A stretch of DNA of 64,000 nucleotides from an uncultured Candidatus Rokubacteria bacterium (lineage in GTDB: Bacteria; Methylomirabilota; Methylomirabilia; Rokubacteriales; DASRDR01). Positions 39,007-49,335 of this stretch are shown here, in pieces. Location: contig CAVPSB010000002.1 in the NCBI GenBank assembly GCA_963708025.1, positions 96,001 to 160,000 of the forward strand, written 5' to 3'. Every line of letters starts with the position of its first letter. Position 1 is the stretch's first letter. Below the pieces are notes generated by a model. The model was not told where the DNA came from and searched no databases. It saw nothing but the letters and a program-made list of their open reading frames with translations. A program made the position numbers and the translations under genes.

Positions 39007-39813
39007 GTGAGCGAGCGCGATGGCCGGCCGGCCGGCTCGGCCCGCTCGCCACGCGGACGCCCGGCCGTCGCCTGGATCGCCGGGCTCGGTGTCGCCCTCG
39101 CCGTGCTGGCCGCGCTGGCCGTCGGGGTCGCCGGGCTGGGTTATCGCGTCCACTGGTGGTCGCTCGGCACCGGCTTCACGCTGCTCCGCTGGGGCGCCCG
39201 CCTCGGTCCGGCGGCCGCGGCCCTCTGCCTCGTCGGCGTGGTCGCGGCGGCGCTCGGCCGGTCCTGGCGGACCGCCGGCGCGGCGCTCGTGGGCGTGCTC
39301 CTGGGGCTGGTCGCGCTGGGCGTGCCGTGGTCGATGCAGCAGCACGGGCGGCGCGTTCCGCCCATCCACGACATCACGACCGACCTCGAGAGCCCGCCAC
39401 GGTTCGTCGCCATCCTGCCGCTCCGCCAGGGCGCCAGCAACCCGGCCGAGTACGGTGGGCCGGCGGTGGCGGCCCGGCAGCGCGAGGGCTATCCCGACCT
39501 CGGGCCGGCGACCTTCGCGGAGCCACCCGCCCGGGTCTTCCCCGCGGTCGAGGCCGCCGCCCGGCAGCTGGGCTGGCGGATCGTCGCCGCCGTGCCGGCC
39601 GAAGGCCGGCTCGAGGCCAGCGACACCACCGCGTGGTTCGGCTTCACCGACGACGTGGTGGTGCGCGTGAGCCCCCGGGACGGCGGCAGCCGCGTCGACG
39701 TCCGCTCCGTCTCCCGCATCGGCCGGAGCGACCTCGGCGCCAACGCCGCCCGCGTCCGCCGGTTCCTCGCCAAGCTGGCGGTGTCCGGGCTCACCTCGAC
39801 CCGGTCGGGCTAG
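39007..39813 (+). CDS. DUF1499 domain membrane protein
   Basis: PPIHDITTD, WFGFTDDVVVRV and DVRSVSRIGRSDLGANA motifs. Confidence 0.85.
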   Translation: MSERDGRPAGSARSPRGRPAVAWIAGLGVALAVLAALAVGVAGLGYRVHWWSLGTGFTLLRWGARLGPAAAALCLVGVVAAALGRSWRTAGAALVGVLLGLVALGVPWSMQQHGRRVPPIHDITTDLESPPRFVAILPLRQGASNPAEYGGPAVAARQREGYPDLGPATFAEPPARVFPAVEAAARQLGWRIVAAVPAEGRLEASDTTAWFGFTDDVVVRVSPRDGGSRVDVRSVSRIGRSDLGANAARVRRFLAKLAVSGLTSTRSG

Positions 39814-40255
39814 TAGTCACCCGCGACGCCGGCCCGTCGGGCATCCTCCCGGATCCGGCCGAAGGTCCGAGCCCGCAGCGCGAAGTCCACGTCCGGGGCC
39901 TGGCGCGTGCGGATCCGGTACACGGCGACGAAGACGAGCACCCGGTCCGGCGAATCCACTCGATCTCCGACCACGGGATGAAGATGGGCGGGTGACAGAA
40001 GGACAGGACCACGGGCATCGCCGCCAGGTAGAGCCCGCGCGCGTCCACCGCGACGACGAGTCCCCCGTTGTAGCCGATCCACCCCCGGAAGACCCCGAAC
40101 CCCAGGCGGACGCGCGCTGGCGGGCGGCTCCCGCGAAGCGGATAGCGATGCGCGAGCGTCTGCCAGCGGCTCAGCCGGGAGAAGACGACGATCAGCGCCG
40201 GCGCCACCAGCAACGCCGGCAGCAGGAGGAGGAGCGCGACGAGGAGCCCGAACAT
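39810..40255 (-). CDS. hypothetical membrane protein (frameshift near 39945)
   Basis: N-terminal TM, WQTLAHRY...GLYL...HPPIFIPWSEI. The C-terminus continues in another frame. Confidence 0.55.
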
Positions 40256-40279
40256 CGGGGCGCCGCCCCGCCCGGTCCG

Positions 40280-41776
40280 TCAGCCGAGCGCGATCCGCAG
40301 CACCGTCACCGAGTGGGGCGGGAAGTCGTACTCGAAGCTGGCGCCGGCCGCATCCAGCCGCCGCTCCTGGACGTCGACCAGACGGGGGCGCTCGAAGGAG
40401 TTCCTGGCGCCGACGTCCGGACCGTTGACCTCCGACACCAGCACCCCGCCGGTCAGTGCGCCGTCGGCCAGCTGGATCGTGGCGGCGTGGCCCCGGTCGC
40501 GGTCGCGGTTGACCACCGTCAGGGTGAGCCGGCGGCCGGCCGGATCGCGCGTGGCGGCCGCGTCCAGCAGCGAGAAGGGACCCAGGTCGGCGATGTGGTG
40601 CAGCCGGCCGGCGTTCGCCTCCTCCTGGGCGGGCGGCAGGTCGTACGTCGGGCCCTCCACGTGGATGTCGAGGGCGACCTCGAGGGTGTGCTCGGCGTAC
40701 AGCCGCAGCGGGTGATAGATCGTCTGGAGGAAGAGACCCTGGGGGCCGGTGAAGATCGGCGCGATCGCGTTCACGAGCTGGGCCAGGTTGGCGATGCGCA
40801 CGGTCCGGCAATGGCGGATGAACCCGTTGAGGTAGGTGGCGACGGCCAGGGCATCGGTCAGGTCGTAGCGCTCCTCGATCCCGGCCTTCCGCGCCTCGGC
40901 GGTGCGGGTCCGGTACCACACGTTCCACTCGTCGAAGGCGATGTGGATCGGGTGGGCGATGCGCTGGGCGTGGCGGACCCGCTCGATCAGCGCGGCGCAG
41001 ATGCGCACCGCCCGCTCGGCCTGGTGCGACTGGAAGACGGTCGCGTAGTGGTCGGTGGTGCCGGTGTAGAGGTGGATGCTGTGGTAGTCGACGATGGGTG
41101 CCAGGCCCTCCAGGACGACCGCGTCCCAGTCGCTCCAGCCGTTGTGGCCGCAGCCGATGAGCTCGATCGTCGGGTCCGTGCGCTTCATGACCAGCGCGAA
41201 GGCCCGGGCCTTCTTGACGTAGTCCTCGGCGCTCAGGTGCCCGATCTGCCAGCTCCCGTACATCTCGTTGCCGAGGCCCCAGTAGCGGACGCGGTGCGGC
41301 TCGGGGTAGCCGTGCCGGCGCCGGAGGTCGGCCCAGGAACTGTCCCCGGTGCCGTTGCAGTACTCGACCCAGGCCTGGGCCTCGTCCATCGTCCCCGAGC
41401 CCATGTTCACGCAGATGTACGGCTCGGTGCCGAGGACGCGGCAGTACTCGATGAACTCGTTGGTCCCGAAGCGGTTCGACTCCTCCGCGTCCCAGGCCAG
41501 CTCGGTGCGCCGCGGGCGCTCGCCGGCGGGTCCGACGCCGTCGAGCCAGTGGTAGCCGCTCACGAAGTTGCCGCCGGGCCACCGGAGGACGGGGATCCGC
41601 AGGGGTCGGACGGCGTCGAGGACGTCCCGCCGGAAGCCCCGCCCATCGGCGAGGGGCGATCCTGGCTCGAAGACGCCGCCGTAGATGCAGCGGCCGAGGT
41701 GCTCGATGAAGTTCCCGAAGATCCGGCGGTCGACGGCGCCGATCGTCCGGGCCGGGTCGACGACGATCCTGGCCAT
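40280..41776 (-). CDS. alpha-L-arabinofuranosidase (GH51)
   Basis: FIEHLGRCIYGG, RWPGGNF, WGLGNEM, FDEWNVW and AQLVN motifs. Confidence 0.92.
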   Translation of the reverse strand: MARIVVDPARTIGAVDRRIFGNFIEHLGRCIYGGVFEPGSPLADGRGFRRDVLDAVRPLRIPVLRWPGGNFVSGYHWLDGVGPAGERPRRTELAWDAEESNRFGTNEFIEYCRVLGTEPYICVNMGSGTMDEAQAWVEYCNGTGDSSWADLRRRHGYPEPHRVRYWGLGNEMYGSWQIGHLSAEDYVKKARAFALVMKRTDPTIELIGCGHNGWSDWDAVVLEGLAPIVDYHSIHLYTGTTDHYATVFQSHQAERAVRICAALIERVRHAQRIAHPIHIAFDEWNVWYRTRTAEARKAGIEERYDLTDALAVATYLNGFIRHCRTVRIANLAQLVNAIAPIFTGPQGLFLQTIYHPLRLYAEHTLEVALDIHVEGPTYDLPPAQEEANAGRLHHIADLGPFSLLDAAATRDPAGRRLTLTVVNRDRDRGHAATIQLADGALTGGVLVSEVNGPDVGARNSFERPRLVDVQERRLDAAGASFEYDFPPHSVTVLRIALG

Positions 41777-41877
41777 GAGCCTCCTCTCGCGGTTCGGGCT
41801 GCCGTGCGGGAGTCTAGATGATTCGGGGGGGTCTCAGGAAGCCCCCCTCCGGAACCTCCCCTCCAGCGGAAGGCCGG

Positions 41878-41906
41878 TTGACTCGGCTGGAGGGACTCTC
41901 TATATT
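41878..41906 (+). promoter_or_regulatory. sigma70-type promoter of the sugar ABC operon
   Basis: TTGACT-N17-TATATT. The -35 is enclosed by the inverted repeat CCCTCCAGC/GCTGGAGGG. Confidence 0.55.
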
Positions 41907-41966
41907 CGCCACACTCGGGTATTCGCGCGTTGTCACACCGCCCCCGAAGCTGACACAGGAGGAGCC

Positions 41967-43245
41967 ATGAGCGAGGAACGGATAGACGTCAGTCGCCGCC
42001 GCTTCCTGACCGGCGCCGCCGCCGTGGGCGCCTCGGCATCCCTGCCGGTGACCGCGCGCCGGGCCTCGGCGCAGGCGAAGCCGACCATCACCTACTGGAA
42101 TGGGCTCACCGGGGCGGACGGGAAGGTCATGGACGAGATGATCGACCAGTTCACCCGCGACACCGGCATCAAGGTCGAGCAGCAGCGCATCCAGTGGCCC
42201 GACCTCTACGCCAAGCTCGCCGTCTCGGTGCCGGCCGGCGAGGGCCCGGACCTGGCGCTGATCCACGCGGTGGAGGTCCCGCACTTCGGCGGCGACGGCG
42301 TCCTCGAGCCCATCGACCCGGCGACGCTGTCCGCCAAGGGCTTCCGGGGCGAGGACTACCTGGCGGCGATCTGGCAGGGCGGGACCTACCAAGGGAAGCG
42401 CTACGCGATCCCCCTCGACGTCCCGCAGCACCTCCTCTATCTGCACGTGGGGTGATGCGGCAGGCCGGGCTCGTCGGCGCGGACGGGAAGCCCAAGGTGC
42501 CCGGCGAGTGGCAGCGAGCTCGTGGCCATGGCTAAGCAGATCACCAAGGGCGACACGTTCGGGTTCGCCCTCGGGACGCTCAATCTCGGCAAGTACACCT
42601 TCGGCTTCCACCACCTCCTGTGGCAGAACGGCGCCAACATCTACGCCCGCGACCTCAAGCGCTCCGGGCTCACCGAGCCGGCGGCGATCGAGGCGGCCGA
42701 ATACTGGGGCTCCTTCCACGCGCAGCACAAGGTCGCGCCACCGGCGAACGCGAACGCTCGCGACGCCTTCATCGCCGGGCGGCTCGGCCTGTGGATCGGC
42801 GGGTCGTGGAACTTCACCGGGCTCCGCGAGGCCAAGGTGGAGTTCACCGTGGCGCCGGTGCCCGCGGCTCCTCAAGGAGCCGGTGGTGTGGACCATCCCC
42901 CACCAGTACACGTTCCCCAAGCCGAAGGCGGCCGACCCGGCCAAGCGCGAGGCGGCGTGGACGCACATCCGGTGGATGACCGAGCACGTGGCCGACTGGA
43001 CGCTCAAGGCCGGCCAGGTCTCGGCGTCCCGCAAGTCCCACACCGACCCGCGGATCACCGGCGACCCGGTGCTGAAGACCCTGCTCGCCCAGGCGCCGAA
43101 CTGGCAGATGGGGCAGCCCACCCCGAAGTGGGTCGCCGCCGAGAACCTCACCCGCCCCGTCATCGAGACGCTCTACATCGGGCAGCGGCCGGCCCGGGCG
43201 GCCATGGAAGACCTGGCGCGCCAGATCAACGCCCTGCCGGCCTGA
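41967..43245 (+). CDS. sugar ABC transporter substrate-binding protein (Tat), several frameshifts
   Basis: SRRRFL Tat motif, YWNGLTGADG, GPDLA and YAIPLD. Coding continues across frame changes near 42450, 42510 and 42860. Confidence 0.8.
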
Positions 43246-43288
43246 CGCGACGGGAACCCGGGGGCGGCGGGCCGGGAGGCGGTGAGAC

Positions 43289-44192
43289 GTGACCGCATCA
43301 GCCCGGCCCGGCCGCCGCCGGGGGTGGCCGGACTGGCTGACCGCCTACCTCTTCCTGGCGCCCGGCCTGCTCCTGTTCGCCGCCTTCCGCGTCTACCCGC
43401 TCCTCGACGGGCTCTGGCTGAGCTTCACCAGCGCCCGGCTCGGCCGGAGCACCTCGACGTGGGTCGGCCTGGCGAACTACCAGCAGCTCCTCGACGACAC
43501 GCGCTTCCACACGAGCCTCGCCAACACGGCCTTCTACACCGTGGCCAGCACCCTGCCGATCCTCGCCGTGCCCCTGGCGCTGGCGGTCGCCCTGAACCGG
43601 GGCATCGCCGCTCCGCACGTTCCTCCGGAGCGCGTTCTTCTTCCCGTTCACGCTGTCGGTGGTGACGGTCGGCCTGACCTGGCTCTGGCTCCTCGACCCC
43701 GTGGTGGGGCCGTTCAACTACTACCTGCGGGGCGCGGGGGTGCCGGTGCGCCCGTGGCTCGCCGATCCCACCACGGCCATGTGGGCGATCATCGCCACGA
43801 CCGTCTGGTGGGTGACCGGCTACTACCTGGTGATCTACCTGGCCGGGCTCCAGGACATCCCGCGCGACCTCTACGAGGCCGCCGCCATCGACGGCGCGGG
43901 CGGCTGGCGGAGCTTCTGGGCGGTCACCCTGCCCCTGCTCCGTCCCGTGATGCTCTTCGTCTTCGTCACCCACATCATCGGCTCCTTCCAGATCTTCGGC
44001 CAGGTCTACATCCTGACCGAGGGCGGACCCGGCGACGCCACCCGGACCGTGGTTCAGCACCTCTACGAGACGGCCTTCCGCAGCCTCTTCCTCTTCGGCT
44101 CGGCCTCGGCCATGGCCTGGGTGCTCTTCGCCGTCATCCTGGTGTTCTCCGTGCTCCAGTTCCGGCTGCTGCGCGGCCACACGGAGTACTAG
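43289..44192 (+). CDS. carbohydrate ABC transporter permease (frameshift near 43610)
   Basis: YLFLAP, WVGLANY and YLAGLQDIPRDLYEAAAIDGA motifs. Confidence 0.85.
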
Positions 44193-44200
44193 ATCCGTCG

Positions 44201-45064
44201 ATGGACACGCCCAGGCCTCGGGGCCGACTCGACGTGCAGCGGATCGTGCTGACCGCGGCCCTGACCGCCCTGGCCGTGCTGTGGCTCCTCCCGTTCGTGT
44301 GGGTGCTCGTCACCTCCCTCAAGCCGACCGAGGACATCATTCGCCTCCCGCCCGAGTGGATCCCGTGGCCGGCGACGGGCACGCACTACCACGAGGTGCT
44401 GTTCAGCAGCTCGCGCACGGCCCGCATCGGCCGGGCCTTCGTCAACAGCATGGTGATCTCGCTGGGCACGGTGGCGCTCGTCGTCGGGACGAGCGCGATG
44501 GCCGCCTATCCGCTGGCGCGCATGCGGTTCCCCGGGCGCGACCTGGTGTTCGTGCTGCTCGTCGGGAGCCTGATGGTCCCCAACGCCGTCGTGCTCGTGC
44601 CCCAGTACGTCCTGACCCAGCGCCTTGGCTGGCTCAGCACCTACCAGGGGCTCATCGTCCCGGAGGCGGCGATGACCTTCGCCTTCGGCGTGTTCCTGCT
44701 GCGGCAGTTCTTCCTGACCATGCCGCGCGAGCTCGAGGATGCCGCCCGGATCGACGGCGCCAACGCGTGGCGCGTCTTCACGCGGATCGTCCTCCCCCTC
44801 TCCCAGCCCGTGCTCGGCGCCCTGGCCATCTTCGCCTTCCGCTCGGCCTGGAACGACTTCCTCTGGCCCCTCATCGCCGTGAACAAGCCCGAGATGTTCC
44901 CCCTGCCGGTGGCGCTCGCCCTCCTCCGCGGCGCCTACGCCTCGGAGTCCTACGGCCCGATCATGGCGGGGGCGACCCTGAGCGCGCTGCCGCTGCTGAT
45001 CGTCTTCCTGGTGGCGAACCGCCGGATCGTCGAGGGCGTGCGATTGAGCGGGTTGAAGGGGTAG
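44201..45064 (+). CDS. carbohydrate ABC transporter permease
   Basis: TSLKP, LLRQFFLTMPRELEDAARIDGA and WNDFLWP motifs. Confidence 0.9.
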   Translation: MDTPRPRGRLDVQRIVLTAALTALAVLWLLPFVWVLVTSLKPTEDIIRLPPEWIPWPATGTHYHEVLFSSSRTARIGRAFVNSMVISLGTVALVVGTSAMAAYPLARMRFPGRDLVFVLLVGSLMVPNAVVLVPQYVLTQRLGWLSTYQGLIVPEAAMTFAFGVFLLRQFFLTMPRELEDAARIDGANAWRVFTRIVLPLSQPVLGALAIFAFRSAWNDFLWPLIAVNKPEMFPLPVALALLRGAYASESYGPIMAGATLSALPLLIVFLVANRRIVEGVRLSGLKG

Positions 45065-45166
45065 CGGCCATGGCGGCCGACGCAGGGGCGCTCGACGGGC
45101 TCGATGCGATGCCGCGGAACGCCGGAGAGCGGTCCACGCGGCGACTCGAATGGCTCCCGTCTGATC

Positions 45167-46584
45167 TCACCGTCCGAGTAGGGCTCCCGGAGTCGAGTTG
45201 ACGTCGGCAGGCGCCCTCCAGGCGACGGGCTCCTCAGGAGGGCGGCCTTCCCAGGGCGCGACCGGGTTGGCCGCGGGGTGCAGGACGTCGATCGCCCAGC
45301 CGAGGTCGAGCCGCTCGCCGTCCCAGCTCGGACACCCCGTCCGCGCGTCGATCGCGAGGCCGCGCGCTCGATTCGCCGTGACCAGCGCCCACGATCGGGT
45401 CGGCCGGCACCCCCGGCGGCGCCGGCACCTCGGGAATCGGCCGGCCGCCCGGCGTGCGGAAGTGGAGCGTCCCGTCGGCGTCCCGCTCGACCTGGTAGCC
45501 CTCCTCGTGGACGGCGCCGTGATGGCGTCGACAGAGAAGTGCGAGATTGGCCAGCCGAGTCGGGCCGCCGTTCGCCCAGTGGTGGAGATGATGCCCCTGG
45601 GCGTGGCGCACCCCGCAGCCCGGGAAGCGGCATCCCCAGTCCCGTGCCTGGAGCGCCCGCCGCAGCGCCGGCGGGATGGTTCTCGTACGTCTTCCGACAT
45701 CGAGCACCTGGCCGTCTCCCGCGTGGTGCATGACCACTCGGGTCGCATCGCACGCTAGGCGCCTCGACGTTTCCGCGGAAACGCGCACGCCGTCCTCGAG
45801 CGCCGACTGGCCCGGCTGGTCGGGGTCGGCCAGCACGGCGGCGTCCACGTGGACGACCACCTGGTACCGCTCGTTCCCCGCGCCGGGATCGAGCCCCTGC
45901 GCGAGGGCTGTCTCCGCCACCAGGGCGAGGGCATCCGCTCGCTGCTGGCCCTGCGTCGGCAGATCCCCGTCGGCCCCCGCCTCGGGCGTGGCCCGGGCCC
46001 GCGCGTACAGCGCCTCCCGCGCCGCCTCCAGCGCCCGCACCAGCACCGCCCCCACCTCCGGCTCCAGCCGCCCCCGCACCACGATCATGCCATCCTCGTC
46101 CGGGTACACCTGGAGCGACCGGCCCCGGTGCCGCGCGGTCGCCTCCTGCCCCTCCACCTGCCGGTCCACCCGCCGCCACCCCCGCACGATCCGCTCCACG
46201 TGGGCCGCCGTCCCCGCCCGCCCCACCGCCAAGAGGCGCGCCTCCGTCTCCGGCGTGGCGACCCGCGTGAGGGCGCGCACCTTCGAGTAGGACAGCTCCC
46301 CCCGCTCCAGGGCCGCCGCGAGCTGGGGCAGGCCCGCCCAGCGCCCGCGCCACGCGCACCCGCTCCCGGGCCGCCCCCAGATCCAGCCCGACCCGCCAGC
46401 TCAACCATTCGGCGCAGGAGCGGGCCCCGTTCGCCCAGCCGCCCCGGGCGTCGAACTCGCGGAGCAGGGCCAGCAGCCGGGCGGTGGCGGCGTCGAGGTG
46501 GGCCGAGAGCGTGGCGATCTCGTCGCCGAGCTGGTCGAGATCGGCCGCGCTGGTGGCGGGTGCGAGCGTCGTCGCGAGATGCAT
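45167..46584 (-). CDS. DUF222 domain / HNH endonuclease (frameshifts near 46340 and 45390)
   Basis: REFDARGGW...SCAEWLSWR, LSYSKVRALTRVAT, QRADAL, RRLACDA, ARDWGCRFPGC...HHLHHWANGGPTRLANLALLCRRHH motifs. Confidence 0.85.
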
Positions 46585-47023
46585 GGCGAGCCTCCTGGCT
46601 CGCACTCTATCACCCGAATTTCGACCGCCCTGGGAGGCTGCCTGGCCGCGGTCTATTGGACGGAAATGATTTTCGCCTCGACGCCGACGGCGCGCGGCGC
46701 CGCGGGGCCGGCGTGGCCCGCTGGGCCGGACTGAGGGCCGAGGCCGCGACTGCGGCGAACGCACGGTCAGAAACCGTGTCAAGCGGGAAATGCGGCTCCC
46801 TGGCGGGCGCGACGAGCCGGGCCCTGCGATCACCGCCCCGGTCCATGCCTCCCGCCTCGAGGGGGAGCTCTCGCGATCCGGCTTGCGACCGCCGCCGGAG
46901 TCGATCTACGATCCTCGCGGACGGCTCCGGGCTGGAGCCGGCGACCGTAGAACGCTCATCTCCTGCGCCCGATCGGGATAGAGTGTGGCAGGCGGGGCCG
47001 GCCGGGCCGGCCCGGGAGGGGGC

Positions 47024-49335
47024 ATGGCGCGGTCACGCAAGACGACGGACAAGCCGGCCGGCGGCAAGCGCCCCATCGAGCAGTACGACCACAAGGGCCA
47101 GCGGCGGAAGAACAACCCGCCGGTCGGGCTCGTCACCGAGGCCACCGACCGGGACGCCCCGAAGAAGCGCTACGCCTACGACCCGCACCTGATCCCGCGC
47201 TGACCTGGGCCGGCAAGGCCGAGCACACCGTCGTTCGAGGTGCCGACGGTCTCGCTCCACGTCCACGAGCGGATCGACCCCAAGACCATCGTCGAGGCCG
47301 TGCGGCGCCGCAACGGCATGCTGGCTCCGGCCCAGGGCTCGCTCTTCGAGTCGCCGAGGAGAACCCGCCGCTCCGCGAGGCCATCGACTTCTACCAGCAC
47401 GCCCACGCCTGGTCCAACCGCCTGATCGCCGGCGACTCGCTGCTGGTCATGAACTCCCTGCTGGAGAAGGAGGGCATGGCCGGCAAGGTGCAGATGATCT
47501 ACATCGACCCGCCCTACGGCATCCGGTACGGGTCGAACTTCCAGCCCTTCGTCAACAGGCGCGACGTCAAGGACGGAAGCGACGAGGACCTGACCCAGGA
47601 GCCCGAGATGATCCGGGCCTTCCGCGACACCTGGGAGCTGGGCATCCACTCCTATCTCACCTACCTGCGCGACCGCCTCCTGCTCGCCCGCGAGCTGCTG
47701 CCCGAGAGCGGCTCCTGCTTCGTGCAGATCTCGGACGAGAACGTGCATCACGTGCGGAGACTTGATGGACGAGGTATTTGGGGCGGAGCAACGTCATGCG
47801 CCCTCGTCGTCGTCCAAGAACGACTGGCGCTAGCAGTCGAGCTTGTTACTGGCCACGTGCGACTACCTGGTTTGGTATGCGAAGAGCATCAAGTCGGTCA
47901 AGTTCCATCAGCTCTACGTAACGAGGAAGATGGCGGGGGAGTCCGGCACTCGTACGTGTTCGTTGAAGAGATTGGCGGCGTCCGTCGGCGGATGACTCCT
48001 GCCGAGGACTGAGAATCCCAGGTTGGTACGACCTGAATGCCGGATTTACCTCCTCGACAACCTTACGTCGACAGGTTGGTCCGAATCCATGTCGCCCCTG
48101 TTGTCTTCGATGGCGAGGTTCACCCTACCGGCCGAACCTCCACTGGAAGACGACACCCGACGGCATGCAAGAACTTGAGGCGAAGCGTCGGGTGATGCGA
48201 TCGGGCAAGGCCCTAGATACGTCCGGTACTTCGATGACTTCCCAGTGTCACCCGCTAACGACGTCTGGGACGGACACAGGAACGGGGAGCTTCACAGAAC
48301 CGAAAGTCTATGTGGTCCAGACGAGTATCAAGGTCATGAGCGGTGCGTGCTGATGACGACTGATCCCGGCGATTTGGTCTTCGACCCGACGTGCGGCTCG
48401 GGGACGACGGCCTACGTCGCGGAGCAGTGGGGGCGACGGTGGATCAGAGCGATACGTCGCGGGTCGCCGTGACGCTGGCGAAGCAGCGGCTGATGACGGC
48501 GGTGTACGACTACTACGAGCTGGCGCATCCGGCGGAGGGGGTGGGCAGCGGGTTCCACTACAAGAAGGTGCCGCACGTCACGCTCAAGAGCATCGCGAAC
48601 AACGAGCCGCCCGGGCAGGAGATGCTCTACGACCAGCCCAGGGTTGACGGCAACACGGTGCGGGTGACCGGTCCGTTCACGGTCGAGGCGGTTCCGGCGC
48701 CGACCGTGCGGCCGCTCACCGACGGCGGCGAGCCTCAGCCGGCGGACGCCTCGGTGGCGCGCTCGGGCGAGACGCTCCGCCAGGCGGAGTGGCGGGCCGA
48801 GCTGCTGAAGACTGGCATCCGCGGCAAGAACAACCAGATGATCCTCTTCACCCGCGTCGAGCCACTCGCCGGCACACGGTGGCTCCATGCCGACGCGGAG
48901 AGCCTTCCGAATGAGCGCGGCGCCGACCGCGTGAGGGAGCCTCGGCCGGGGCCCGCCCGGACGGCCGACCGGGTCGTGGTCTCGTTCGGACCCGAGCACG
49001 CGCCGCTGGAGCAGCGGCAGGTCGAGCTGGCCTGGGAGGAGGCCCGGACGCTCCACCCGCGGCCGGGTATCCTGGCCTTCGCCGCCTTCCAGTTCGACCC
49101 GGAGGCGGCCAAGGACATCGACGAGCTGACCCGCGAGAAGACAGGGATGACCTTCCTCAAGGTGCAGATGAACACCGACCTGCTCACCGAGGACCTCAAG
49201 AAGAAGCGCGCGAGCAACGAGTCCTTCTGGCTCATGGGCCAGCCCGACGTCGAGGTGCGCGCGATCGGCAAAGGCGAGCACAAGGGCAAGCTCGCGGTCG
49301 AGGTCCACGGCTTCGACTACTACAACACCAAGACC
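47024..49335 (+). pseudogene. type III restriction-modification Mod subunit (N6-adenine MTase), multiply frameshifted and C-terminally truncated
   Basis: [57 protein letters not shown] and VEVHGFDYYN motifs. Confidence 0.8.

Noticed and set aside
47024-48450. Phase variation of the type III mod gene
   Set aside because: No simple sequence repeat tract is visible. The breaks are scattered single indels like those in neighbouring genes.
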